Below are positions 37,066 to 48,153 of a stretch of DNA of 48,153 nt, piece by piece. The number at the start of each line of letters is the position of its first letter. Position 1 is the stretch's first letter. Origin of the DNA: Rotaria socialis (Eukaryota). A program made the position numbers and the translations under genes. A model generated the notes under the pieces. That model worked only from the letters and a program-made list of their open reading frames with translations, ran no database searches and was not told the DNA's origin. The stretch covers positions 62,001 through 110,153 of the forward strand of contig CAJNYD010000571.1 of NCBI GenBank assembly GCA_905331295.1, read 5' to 3'.

Positions 37066-38225
37066 CAGAGCTTCTAATGGGATGGGATAGAACGAAATTT
37101 TCGTCTCGTTGGATAATGCAAGTCGTTCCATCCCATCCCGTGGGATTCGCTATATTGCGAAAAATCTTACTGAAAATCAAGGTTAATTTTTTCTAACTGG
37201 AAGTTCGAAGTTTTCCAGCATTCCGATTTGAATATTGGAATTAGGGATGCACCAATTCCTAGTACATTGCAAGAAAGATGATATTTTTGCCTGATATAGA
37301 ATGGAGTTGTCCTCTGATTCCATATCAGCGAAGACCATTTTTTTGCTCTATGCAAAACGATAGTCGAGATTTATGAAAGATTTTAAAAAAGCCGTTTCTG
37401 AAAACATGTAAACATTGGATAAAAAATTCAAGAAAATGACGGAGTTTGATCTTTTCCCTACTGAAAAATGACGTGCCTGGTGGTGAGAATTATCGCTCGA
37501 ACATCTCTTTATTCATATTTTTCTGTTCAGTTTTGAACTCGTTTTCCAAATCTATTCTTAGAATTTGTGTAATGCAAATTGCACGTCTGAAACTAAGTTG
37601 GATTTGACGGAAACCGACTTGAAAATTGAAATTCGGAGTCAAATCCAAAAACGCTTTTTCATTTTTAATAAATTTGGATCATATTTTTTCATAGATCGAA
37701 CAAAATGATCTTGGCTGATATATGGAACGGAATCAGAGGACGACTGCCTCCTACATTAGGCAAAAATTTTATCTATCGTACCATGTACTAGAAATTGGTG
37801 TATTCCTGGTTGGAACGTCATTATCAATACCTTTCAATTCTCTTTGTGATGCTGTAAACGAAATTTGATTTTCTCAACTGAATATTCCTGTTTATCCGAA
37901 ACTAAGGATGATAATGAGGAAGAAATAATTATAGAAGGTGACATTGAACAATTTATAAAAAAAAAAATGATGATATTTTATTAAAACATTGAAACACAAA
38001 GAACATTTATGTTTATTTATGTTTTCTATGTTTGATCGTATTCTTTATTCAATTGTTCGAATAGAGCTCGGAGTTGGGTTAATGACCAGTACAGAAAAAG
38101 AATGATAATTATTCACACTTTTCATCTATTGTCAAGTGTGACATAAATGAATAATCATTTTTTCTTTAAAAAATTATCACATTTCCCATTGGATTGGGAA
38201 CTCATCCCATCCCATTAGGAGGCCT
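37066..38225. mobile_element. hAT-like non-autonomous element (gggat-rich TIRs)
   Basis: cagagcttctaatgggatgggat vs atcccatcccattaggaggcctg. 8-bp flanks gtgcatat/atgtatac are only partly matched. Confidence 0.6.
37243..37807. mobile_element. Long-TIR foldback element nested in the previous element
   Basis: agggatgcaccaattcctagtaca...tttttgcct...gtcctctgattcc..atatcagc vs gctgatat..ggaatcagaggac...aggcaaaaa...tgtactagaaattggtgtattcct. Confidence 0.65.
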
Positions 38226-40393
38226 GATGTATACAGTGCAGCTTTAATATCAACTCATTTAATATTAATAGTTTTTTATTCCATATAAATAACTACTTGA
38301 TCATTTAGATGAAGTTTTACGTCGTGGATAAGAATATTTGTTCAAGAATTTTCATTATTATAAAGCACGAATACAATTAAAATTGTCATCAAACATAGCC
38401 ATATCAGCTGTAAGAGAAAACTAATTGGATGCTCGATGCTCAATAATACTTACGCTATGACTTAGTAATTACTGAAGGCTTAGTTCTTATATTAAATGAC
38501 ACATGATGAAAATTTTCATGTGCGTAGAAGTTATCAATTGAAATGCGGCTAGGTGCTGGTTCAATACATTTTACGAAAGGATATTTGTATCAAGACAATA
38601 TGAAATATTATCAATAGAATAAAATAGAAATTTCAAAAACAAAGATCAAAACGATCTCGTAGGTAAAAGAATTAACATTATCCTGATCTTTAACATAGCA
38701 CCGGTAATTTTCATTAGAATGTTTTTCAAATCAATATTATATGACGCAAATCGTTTCATTGAAAACATTTCTTTTTGTTAAATGTGAACATGCCTGCTAG
38801 TCGTTTGAGTAGTGAAATCTCTTTTCAAATTGTAAATTTCACAGGAGATTCTCCGTATCCAAAAAAAAGAAATCTGAGCTGTTTTTCATGTCGACTTTTT
38901 TTAAATGAAGAATAATATATATATATATGCTCTTTCAGAAAACATGGATCTGCGAAAGCTTGCTTTCTTGTTCTAACTAATGAACGATTCTCTTACTTAA
39001 AAAACAAAAATGTGTATCCAATGTTTTTTCTTCCAATTTCAATCAATCCAATACTATATGAAAGATGAGAATCATTTCTCAAACTTTCTTATCTACGTTA
39101 AAAACAAGTCTGTTGCATTTCACATGTTAATCACAAAACTACGGATAGAAGTGCTAATCTTTTCAATAGTACAACATTTTGCACTTTGCACTCTTTCTAT
39201 TTGTGACCTTTTTCGCAAATATCACCATGATACGTCGATTGTTCGACTTTTCAAAACTACAATTTGCTAATTCAGGTGACTTTTGATATATATATATATA
39301 TACAACACGTAAGACGACATCGAACTTGCTTGCTATAAGAAATCATCTGACTTTCTCTGTTGATTTTTTTTATATCAGATAATACAAGATTAGTTGGCAG
39401 TCTACTATATTTGCATAAGAGTTTTTCGTTTTCGATGATTGTAAAATGCAGACCATTAGCAATCTGTCGCTATCTAATTATTGAAATTTCAAACAGCAGA
39501 TATGAAATAGACTTTTCCTATAATTAGTCTTTCAAGAGCGAAAGCATTGATATTAACTGTTAGATCAAGTTCTCAGAAGGAAATATTGTCTAAATATCAA
39601 GTTGCTGTTCAGTCGGGACAATGTTCATAGTATAAATCCCAATGAGTTACAGATATACTGATCAAAGCAGGAAGTATTAGCTCATTCGAACTGAAATTTT
39701 TTCATATTAACGGCATTTATAGTCTTATGCGACGATTCCTATAATTTATATGTGGAACAATGGTAAACGCATCTTTTTTTTTGCGATTACCTCTCACATA
39801 CACTGATAGATTCTCTGATGCTATTATTTCAGAATAGGAGTAACTACAAAAAGATGAAACTTTCACAATTTATTTCCGTTTCTGTGTCCTATGTTAATAT
39901 TGCAATTCATTTTTCTTCAAGATGAATGTTGTTGTACGGTTAAAAATTGCTATTTCTCGGCTGTGATAAGCTAATAGCTTTTATTTTTATCAAGATATAT
40001 TCATAAATCATGATTACTTTCATAATTCATATAAAGTCTTGACTTAAAAGCATTTTGACACTCGAGCATATTCTTCATTAGTCGAACGCTATTTTCTTGA
40101 TCAAAACATTGTATGCAATAAAATAGTATTGAATGTAATTTAATCTCTTTTCCCGGCTCAGCTCGTTTGACTGTAAACAAAAGATGTCACTGTAAAAATT
40201 ATTAAAAACGAATTATTTATATGTTTTAAAACGGAAGCAAATTATAAATTTTCTATTTTTCATAATATAATTAAAGTGTTGATAAAATCTTTCAGATTAC
40301 AAATCGTAAGTTTCTATAGAAACTTTGATGAATTCAAGTAAAGTAATTACACTTTTGCGTGCGTTTAATTTTACATTTCGAGTGCTAGACAAG

Positions 40394-43012
40394 ATGTCGA
40401 ATACAAATGTTGGCTCTGAAATTGAAGTAAACAAAAAAACAAATATTCTCTTCTAAGACAAATAGATATTTTTTCATGAATTTTTTTGTCTAATTCAGGG
40501 TGAACTAACTAAAGAAAGACAAAATCTATTAGAAAAACTATCGGAAATATTTGATCCGGAAACCGCTTACGATTATGTATGGCCAAAAACACATGAATAT
40601 CGTCAACAATTATCTCTTGAAGAACTGAGACGCCGTATGTAAATAGAATAAATTTAAATATTTTTCAATGAACACAGTAGAACTTCTTTATTTGAATCAT
40701 ATTAATCTCAGTATTAGTATCTGATGGGGTACATCATCGATAGGAAAATGTGAGAGTTGATTCAAGCAAAGAAGAATGTAGAATAATAGACTATGGGTTT
40801 TTATAATACTCTTATATATTTATCAGATGAATCTAAAGGAAAGAAACTGTCGAAACTTGTTTGATTCTAATCGAGAAGCTCTATAGTGAAAAGCAAACAA
40901 ACTGTTTGTATTCATGAGGCATTTTAAGAAAACAAATACATATGTTTTCTTGTTTGAATACCGTAAACTAATATCAATACAAAAAATGTAAAACATAACG
41001 ATATCTTCATTGTCTCATGTTTTGCGTATCCAAAAAAACTACTTTTTCAATTAAAACAATTAGATTCTATATTATATTAATACATTACACTAATGCATTC
41101 GATTTTGTTTTGTTTCTATTGCCATTAATTCTTTTCCTCAACAATAACTAAGCATGACGTTTTCAAAAATCTACAATCCGCCTGATATAGTTCAATCAAT
41201 ATGAGACGAAGTTTGCACGACAAAACATTTTGCCAAAAAAGAAAAGAACCCAGAGAAGTCAGTGCATATCGAATTCTGCGTGAATGCAAATAGGAATGTA
41301 TTCATTTCAATGCGTTGCAGGCAAAAGGATACTAAGAAGATGAAAAAACGTGTTCTAACATTACTGCGCTATTAAAATAAACATATTTTTGAAAAACAAA
41401 AAAACACTCGAATTGAATCTGATAGAATGCATAGTTAATTACTTGAAAAAGAAAAGAAATATATATATCAGTGTAGTTGTGAATTAAATGTGTGCTTGTG
41501 TGTAATTGTCTCTTTATTTAGAGGGTGATACGTTTAAATACAGGCCCCCACGAATAGTGATCTACACGACGGCAAGGGTCCGTCTAGTTATTGTTGTTGT
41601 GTATATAACGTCTTGTTCTATACCCTAAATCGTTTTATCCTTTGTTTTTCTTTGGTCTTTGTGTCATATTTTTGTTTTATTCCAACCTTGTATTACATTA
41701 TTGCAGTCAATTATAATCAACAAGATGAAACTTTAAGGCGATTGTGTTCGTTGGTACATTATCAGACCACAACGCAATCGCTCTCACATGCCGATCTTGA
41801 AGTATGCTTTTTTTAATATAATGCTTACGCATTTACCAACTGTGCACGCTTACTATTCTATATAAAACAATTGAACATTGTTTTATTATTATATATCTTT
41901 AGGGAGCATATCAATCATTTGTTCGAAGTCAAGTTGCTCAACACTCGCCACGTCATGAACTTGAACAATACGTACGAAATAGTTCCGATATAGACTCTGC
42001 TAAACGTTATGTAGACATGGCTAATGATGTTTTAACAAATCCTCAACAGGTATATACATATTTTTTTTTCTTTTTCGATTAATATCTAAACACAGTAAAT
42101 ATTAATTAAAATAAAAAAAAAGGAGAAAGATCTTATCATAAGCAATATAGAGATTGAAATAGCTTAGGGAAATCTCTCAAGCGAATAATCAGCTCAACAA
42201 AAAATAGAAAAGACATCAACAAGAGATTTGTTCTTATGAAACATGCTTTAAAATATTTAAAAAAAAAGGGCAACATGCCATGTTTTTAGTCATTATTATT
42301 ATTTCGTTCATCAAAACTCAATCAACAAAAAGCACATTTATTGAAACAATCTGGTTGTAATAGTTTACAAAATTTAAATCATGATCCAAGTCTACAAAAA
42401 TATTTTCCTGAACGATTACATGTATGAGTTATTCTCTAGCTCTTTTCTTTTTTGAAATACATTTAATTAATCTTTCTTTTTTATGAAAGAATACCTCAAG
42501 ATATATTCCTCAAGACGAAGATGACTTTTTCAATAATAAAAATGATCCATCTCGTCCTAACTCAATTCATATGGCACACAATGAGAAAAAATATCATATT
42601 CAATTTCTAAAAGATTACGACCGACATAGTGAATTCTATAGAAAAAAATCTAATCGTCGTCTTAACTTTAGAGAACCATTAAAAGCAAGTCATATTGAGT
42701 CATTGTTTGGTTCAGAAATTTCTACTATCGCACCAAATCAATCGTCAGAGTTAAATACATCCAGTATGCATCGTGACAGTAACAAAATTTTATTCTTTTT
42801 AATTTCATCTTAAAGTTTTCTTGTTATTCGATCTAGTTTTTCCACCATTATCTTTATCTGCATTAAAAGAATATCGTCCATCTGTTACACCGAAAGCAGT
42901 ATCAACTCCAAAGTCATCAGTAACACCTAGAATAGCACAACGACGAAAACCAATGCATAAATCAGATTTTATATGGAACCAATCAATTGTTTCATCAGCA
43001 ACATATGAATGA
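40394..43012 (+). CDS. Uncharacterised multi-exon protein, no family recognised
   Basis: In-frame GT-AG exon chain: 40394-40426 (MSNTNVGSEIE), 40499-40615, 41707-41801, 41903-42049, 42290-42421, ~42490-42778, ~42837-43012 (stop). Confidence 0.65.
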
Positions 43013-43129
43013 TATTTTTATATATTTTTTTCCCTTATAATCTACTGCACTCTCTAATATTATTGACTCTCTATATATAATTTTGTTTTGCTCTATTGTT
43101 TGTTCGTTGTATCGAACACACAGCTGGAC

Positions 43130-46100
43130 TTTATGTGTGTGCGTGCCAGAACGGAAATGAAAAGGAAAACTAATAACAGATTACAACATCTCTCTTGTGC
43201 GCTTTCCATCTCGCATTGGCATCTCGACCAGCGATAGTTCGCTCTATCGTGCTAAACCTTTAAATGAAAGAAAGGATGTGACGGAGAACAACATCTCAAT
43301 GTGGTTGCCGTTTTTTTTCTTCAGCTTAGCGACTGAGAATCGGAAAAGAAAGAGAATGGAAAGACAAATTGAGCTATGGATCTTGCTTACTTCTCACATT
43401 TTTTATTCAAATAACACGGCGACGTCTGTCGATTTGTGTTCTGTTTTTTTCTTTCTTTCTTTTTTTCCTTAGCGCTTTTTGTGTGTGTGTGTGTGTGCTC
43501 TTTACTATTGCTGATCTAAAACTCGTTCCACTGGTAAACTATATTGATACGTTTTCCCGCACACTAAGCAGAAAGAAAAAGAAGCAGTGTCGTCGTCGTC
43601 GTCGCCGTCGTCGCCGTCATTTCTAATTTCTCGTGTCAATTTTCATTGTGTACAACAAAAGAGAAGAAAAAAGAGAGAGAGAGAGAGAAAAAAAGAACGA
43701 TGCCGACGATAGATGGATAGATGTATGGACGGAGAAGACTTCTTCTTCTACTCCCTCTCTAACACATACATTCAGGGAAAAGAGAAGAAGACGCAAAATG
43801 GTTGCCAAAATCATAAATAATAGCAACAGCAACAGTAAAAGCTAGAAATTGATGAGGGAAGAGAGTACTAACGAATAATAGTAGAGCTGACATGCATTTT
43901 CTCTTCGTTTTTTTCCTTTCCTTTCCGTTTTGCTATATCATCATCATCAGGCTTTGCTGCCATCTTGCGCACCACCACTATCAATACCATGTGAGTACGT
44001 ATATTTGTCTATATGTTGATTTAGCAATAGAATATCACGGGAAGGAACTGAAGTAAGTTCATTTTAAATGGCAAATTTTTAATGATAAAAGAGAAGAAGG
44101 AAAAAAAACTAAGTTCTTTATGGCTTTGTTGTCAATTGTATCTTAGTCTGTAATCAACATACACGCAATAGAATTATTTGTTTCTTTTCTTGTCGTCGTC
44201 GTCATGATCATTATTTTTAGTTTGCATGTTACATCTACTGACTATGGAAACTTGAGATGATGATGTTCGACATAAAGTCTACCTTGTCTGATTCAATATA
44301 TGTATAGCATCGTGTGCTTCTCCTTTTTTTTTTTGGTAGTATTGCGTCTTCCTTTTTTTTTGTAACAATTACAGTCAGCATCTTTTATTCATATGAGCTC
44401 ATGTCAGACGAATGTGTGCATGTGCCGTTTTCATTGTTCCCCAACTAGAGATAGCTCTTTGTCTTTCTTTTGTTGTCTAGCAGGTGAAATCACACTCGTT
44501 ACATTTAAGTGTTTTGTCTGATTGAAAAACTAGAGAAAGAACACAAAAAGAGAACTAAAGAAGAACAAGAGAAGACAACAAAGAAACGAAGTTTCTTCTC
44601 TCTACTAATTACTCCTTGGCTCTTTTGCCTTCCTTTTCTTTCTTCTTCTTTTGCAACATTCGCTTGCTTAACCATTTGTCTGATGAAAAACGTCAGCAAC
44701 AAAAAAGAAAAAAAACGATGAGCATTAGTAGGATGAGTGCGGTAAAACAATTTTATTATGCTGAATTTATATCGAACGTTAATGAGCAATAAACTAATAA
44801 ATATATGCATCGAGCTACAGTAGTAAGACTAACTTTATATTTATTCACTTATATAAAAGTTATCGATAGATTTGATTAGTTCAGTCAGAAGCAACGACAA
44901 AACTAGTAATCTTGCTAAGCTACTGGCAAATGTCACCAATGCCAAATTAACAGAGCCATATATTTTTAATAGAATCTCTCTCTTGCTCTCTCTCTCTCTC
45001 TCTATATATATATATTGCTTCGGAGACACACAACCGCACGCACAGATAATTCTCATATCTATAAAAGAAAGAATTAACCTAAATTGTTCTCTTTCTTTTC
45101 CTATAGTTGTTTATCGTTTAATGTTAGATATAAAGACAAGAAAAAGAGGATGGAGAAAAACAAAAAAAAAGGGAATATTTCTATGAATTTTAAACGGTCG
45201 ATAATTTTTGTTTTTCATTAGATTTTTACTAGTTGATTAGTTAGCTTATTCACTCGTTCATTCAGTTGATGATAACGAAGATTGTCATAGTTTCTGATCG
45301 AATGTGAACAGGGTCACATGTTTCCTAAGCTTTGGATCTGTTTTCTCTCTCTATTATTTGGAATAATTGTTGAGCTTTTTGTAACGGAATAAAACAATGC
45401 TCGAACACATCCTTATCATCATCATTATCATCTCTTCGTTATTTTCTCTTATTTCTCCCTAACCTCGTATTCTCTTGTCTACATATGTGTGCGTGTTTGT
45501 CTGTTTGTTCTCTTCATAACTATTGCTGCGTCTAGAAAGAAAAAAATTTGAGATTGGTGTTAAGAGCTCTATTGCTAAATCGTCTACGACTGTCTTCTAG
45601 GTACTAGTATTATAAATCAAAAGGATGATAGCATGAGATAAGAAGAAAATTGATTGAACCATTCATTATTCATAGTGTTCTTTTTATTGATTTATTTATT
45701 TTTTTTGTTTGTTTCCAGATCATGATCAGTTATTATCGAAAATTATCTTCATTCAATACATAGGCACATTTATTTATATATATATAAATGAATACATAAA
45801 AATACTGTTTTCAATTATTTTAATTCAAGATCAACCTGCATTATTATTATTATTATTCGAATATTTCTTGCTTTCTTTCTACCACACTGCATGGTAAGTC
45901 ATCATGATGGCAATGATCATCGCGCGCAGAGAGAAAGAGACGAAGACGAAGAAGGAGCAGCAGAACCAGTAGAAGCCACAACAAGAAAACAGCACGTTCG
46001 CGCCTACTCGAAACCATCGATCCCTTCTTTGTCTCCTTCTCTTCTGTATCCATGATGAGACAGTCGCTCTTAATAAGACAAAGTAGATCTGGAAAGCGAG

Positions 46101-46200
46101 AAACCTTCGTATTATAGTCCTTGCTATTTTGGACATTTTCTTTTTTGTCTTATTTATAGACGCTTCAATGAACGCTAACAAAACACGAACGCGCCTATCG
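43130..46200. repeat. Microsatellite-rich non-coding region: (GT)n, (CGT)n, (GA)n, (CAT)n, (CT)n/(AT)n
   Basis: Examples are 43480-43496 (gt)n, 43589-43618 (cgt)n, 43673-43688 (ga)n and 44988-45014 (ct)n(at)n. ORFs here are low-complexity artefacts. Confidence 0.7.
45719..45893 (+). other. Probable 5'-leader exon ending in ATG, of a gene continuing beyond the window
   Basis: Pyrimidine-rich acceptor ttttttgtttgtttccAG ends 45718 and the exon ends ATG|GTAAGT. An upstream strong donor cat|GTGAGT lies at 43991. Confidence 0.35.
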
Positions 46201-47029
46201 CATTATGTTCGTGTTTTACAAAGAGACCACACAAACATTGAAATCTTCTTCAATTAGGTATGAGAAAAAAATGTTAATTTATTTCTGTTGTGTTTCATTT
46301 GCTTTTGTGTTTTTACCGAGGCAAAAAAGAAGTATTAATTCAAAGTTAAAATATCGAACAATTATGTTTTTCTCTGAAATTTCATACTTAGCAGATAAGT
46401 TTCCGTATTTTTTTCTCTTACATTAAAGTAAATTTACATTTAATATCTTATTCAGATATGTAAAAATAATTTCTATTTCTTGATTGAGAAAACAACAAAG
46501 AATAATTTAACACAACTTAAATTTAACGTTAAAAATAAACTCGTTTAATTTAAGAAAAAAAAAGAAGAATGAACTCGTCATTCATCATTTTTTTTCTTCT
46601 CTATTACTATACTTATAAGTTTAAGTGACTGTTTCCATAGAAAAAGAGATCATGTATAGATCTTATTTTACTAATAAACGAATGCAAAAAAAATACCAAG
46701 CATGAACGAGTATGAGCTCAATAATACTGATATTGATCATTCTTCTTATCCCATATGTTCTTTTAAGAAAAGGATTATAAAATACGCCAGCAAGGGTATT
46801 CAGAGTGAGGATGACACTCTCTCTTGTCAATCTAAACATTTTCCCTTTTATTTCCTCAAGAAACCAAAAAGTTTTCTTCGGTTTGTTTTTGCTAAGCAAC
46901 GACCTCCCCTCCGTCCTTCTTCCTCTCCCTTAATCTTGGCGACTTAAGGACACGTCTGTCAGCCAAGCTATTTTTCTTTATTACGCTTAGTATTCGGTAA
47001 TGTTTGTTTTTGCTTCTTTGGCTTTATAT

Positions 47030-47921
47030 TATCGGGTGGCCCAGGTTAAATGTCTCTCGCTGTGTTTTCTCCAAAAGATTCACTATTAAGTTCTCTACAA
47101 GATTGATACTACAGTTTTTTTTCTGTTGAAAGTTGAGGAAAAAAAAAGAATATTCAATAAGTATAACAGCGTCAACTTTCAAAGCTGGAAAATAGTTTTT
47201 GCAGATTTTTTCGTGGGCCAGTAACGATAAAAATTAAGCAATGTAGGTATTTCGTAGCCTTTGAAAAGCTCTATCTTCCGATAATAATTGAGAACTTGCC
47301 ACATCCAACCTTGTAATGCGCACTCTAAGTATCTTCTCTTTCAGGTTTGAGAGAATTTAGCTCTTTCAAATCAGCAATTTCGATACTCTTAGGAAAAGAA
47401 GCGCAACCAAGTCAAAATATCATTTTGTGCATTCTGTTTTTTTCCATTTTGATCGAAATGGCCTATTGTACCAAAGTCAAACGCGAAATTTGAGTGTTAA
47501 TTTTTTTCCTTTAATTCAGCTAGCGCCAAACATCTGATTTAAAGTATTTTGAAGAGAATTTTCAAAGAGTCAGATTTTTCGATCTTCCGTTTGATTTCAA
47601 CGAATTCTGAGCTGCACGATGAGAAATAGTACACTTCAAAGTACTCAGCAACATCTTGGCTTCTGTTTCGTTTTGTGTATCATTGTAAAAAATTTGCAAA
47701 AGTCTGTTTTAAAAATCACGTTGGAAGTTGATGCTGTTATACGTGTTGAATATTCTTTTTTTAATTTTTTCCTCAACTTTCAACAGAAAAAATTGTCATA
47801 TCAATCTTGTAGAGAATTGAATGGCAAATGTTTTGGGGAAAACATTAAGGCCTAGAAAATGAAAATAACGAAGTTATTGAAAAAACACTGATAGGGACAT
47901 TTAACCTGAGCCATCCCGATA
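47030..47921. mobile_element. Non-autonomous DNA transposon with ~200-bp TIRs
   Basis: tatcggg-tggcccaggttaaatgtc...ttctctacaagattgata...tctgttgaaagttgagg...gaatattcaa vs ttgaatattc...cctcaactttcaacaga...tatcaatcttgtagagaa...gacatttaacctgagccatcccgata. Confidence 0.75.
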
Positions 47922-48153
47922 TTATTGCATGATATAAGTGTAGAAATCAATATTTATATTTTTTTTATAGGAAAAAACGCATAGCATCAGATTTAGTGTC
48001 AAATACTCCATCACCAAAAACAGCTGTACTCGTAGAAAAATATCCACGATATTATCCTTCAACTTCGTCTACAATACCCTCCTGTTCGGTTCTGATATTT
48101 TCAGTTGCCGACTTCTTTTTTCGACTTACAGAGGGTTTTGTTGGTCACGTTGA

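Noticed and set aside
38400..39780. Vaguely protein-like interrupted frames
   Set aside because: No motif or consistent frame, so indistinguishable from AT-rich background.
41522..41600. Possible cassette exon in the orphan gene
   Set aside because: Good acceptor, but the only frame-preserving donor (GTCTAG) is weak and the flanking exons join in frame without it.
43197..46426. Many 60-100 aa ORFs
   Set aside because: They are microsatellite-derived, low-complexity translations on both strands.
1..48153. CRISPR arrays, tRNA/rRNA genes, telomeric repeats, autonomous transposase or RT ORFs
   Set aside because: None recognised by eye.

Overview
AT-rich eukaryotic genomic DNA with many short (~55-60 bp) GT-AG introns. 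The gene style suggests a bdelloid rotifer (Rotaria/Adineta-like); this is an inference, not proven. Genes in order: an intronless lipocalin-fold gene resembling fungal/bacterial proteins (+), CPPED1 (+), ANO8-like anoctamin (-) with an antisense class-C-GPCR-like gene nested in a 4.76-kb intron, purine nucleoside phosphorylase (-), Ku70/XRCC6 (-), a DUSP23-like gene lacking the catalytic Arg (-), a head-to-head paralogous pair of RING+vWA genes 148 bp apart, a USF-like bHLH-ZIP (-), an unidentified multi-exon gene (+), and a microsatellite-rich probable 5' leader region. Intergenic and intronic DNA carries many non-autonomous TIR/foldback elements, some nested. It also carries a 531-bp near-perfect palindrome with two outward-facing hammerhead-ribozyme cores, a 3' tail and a TSD (Penelope-like pLTR architecture). 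The most interesting candidates are the divergent RING-vWA pair, the double-hammerhead palindrome, and the nested GPCR whose ectodomain exons appear decayed. All calls were made by eye with no database searches.
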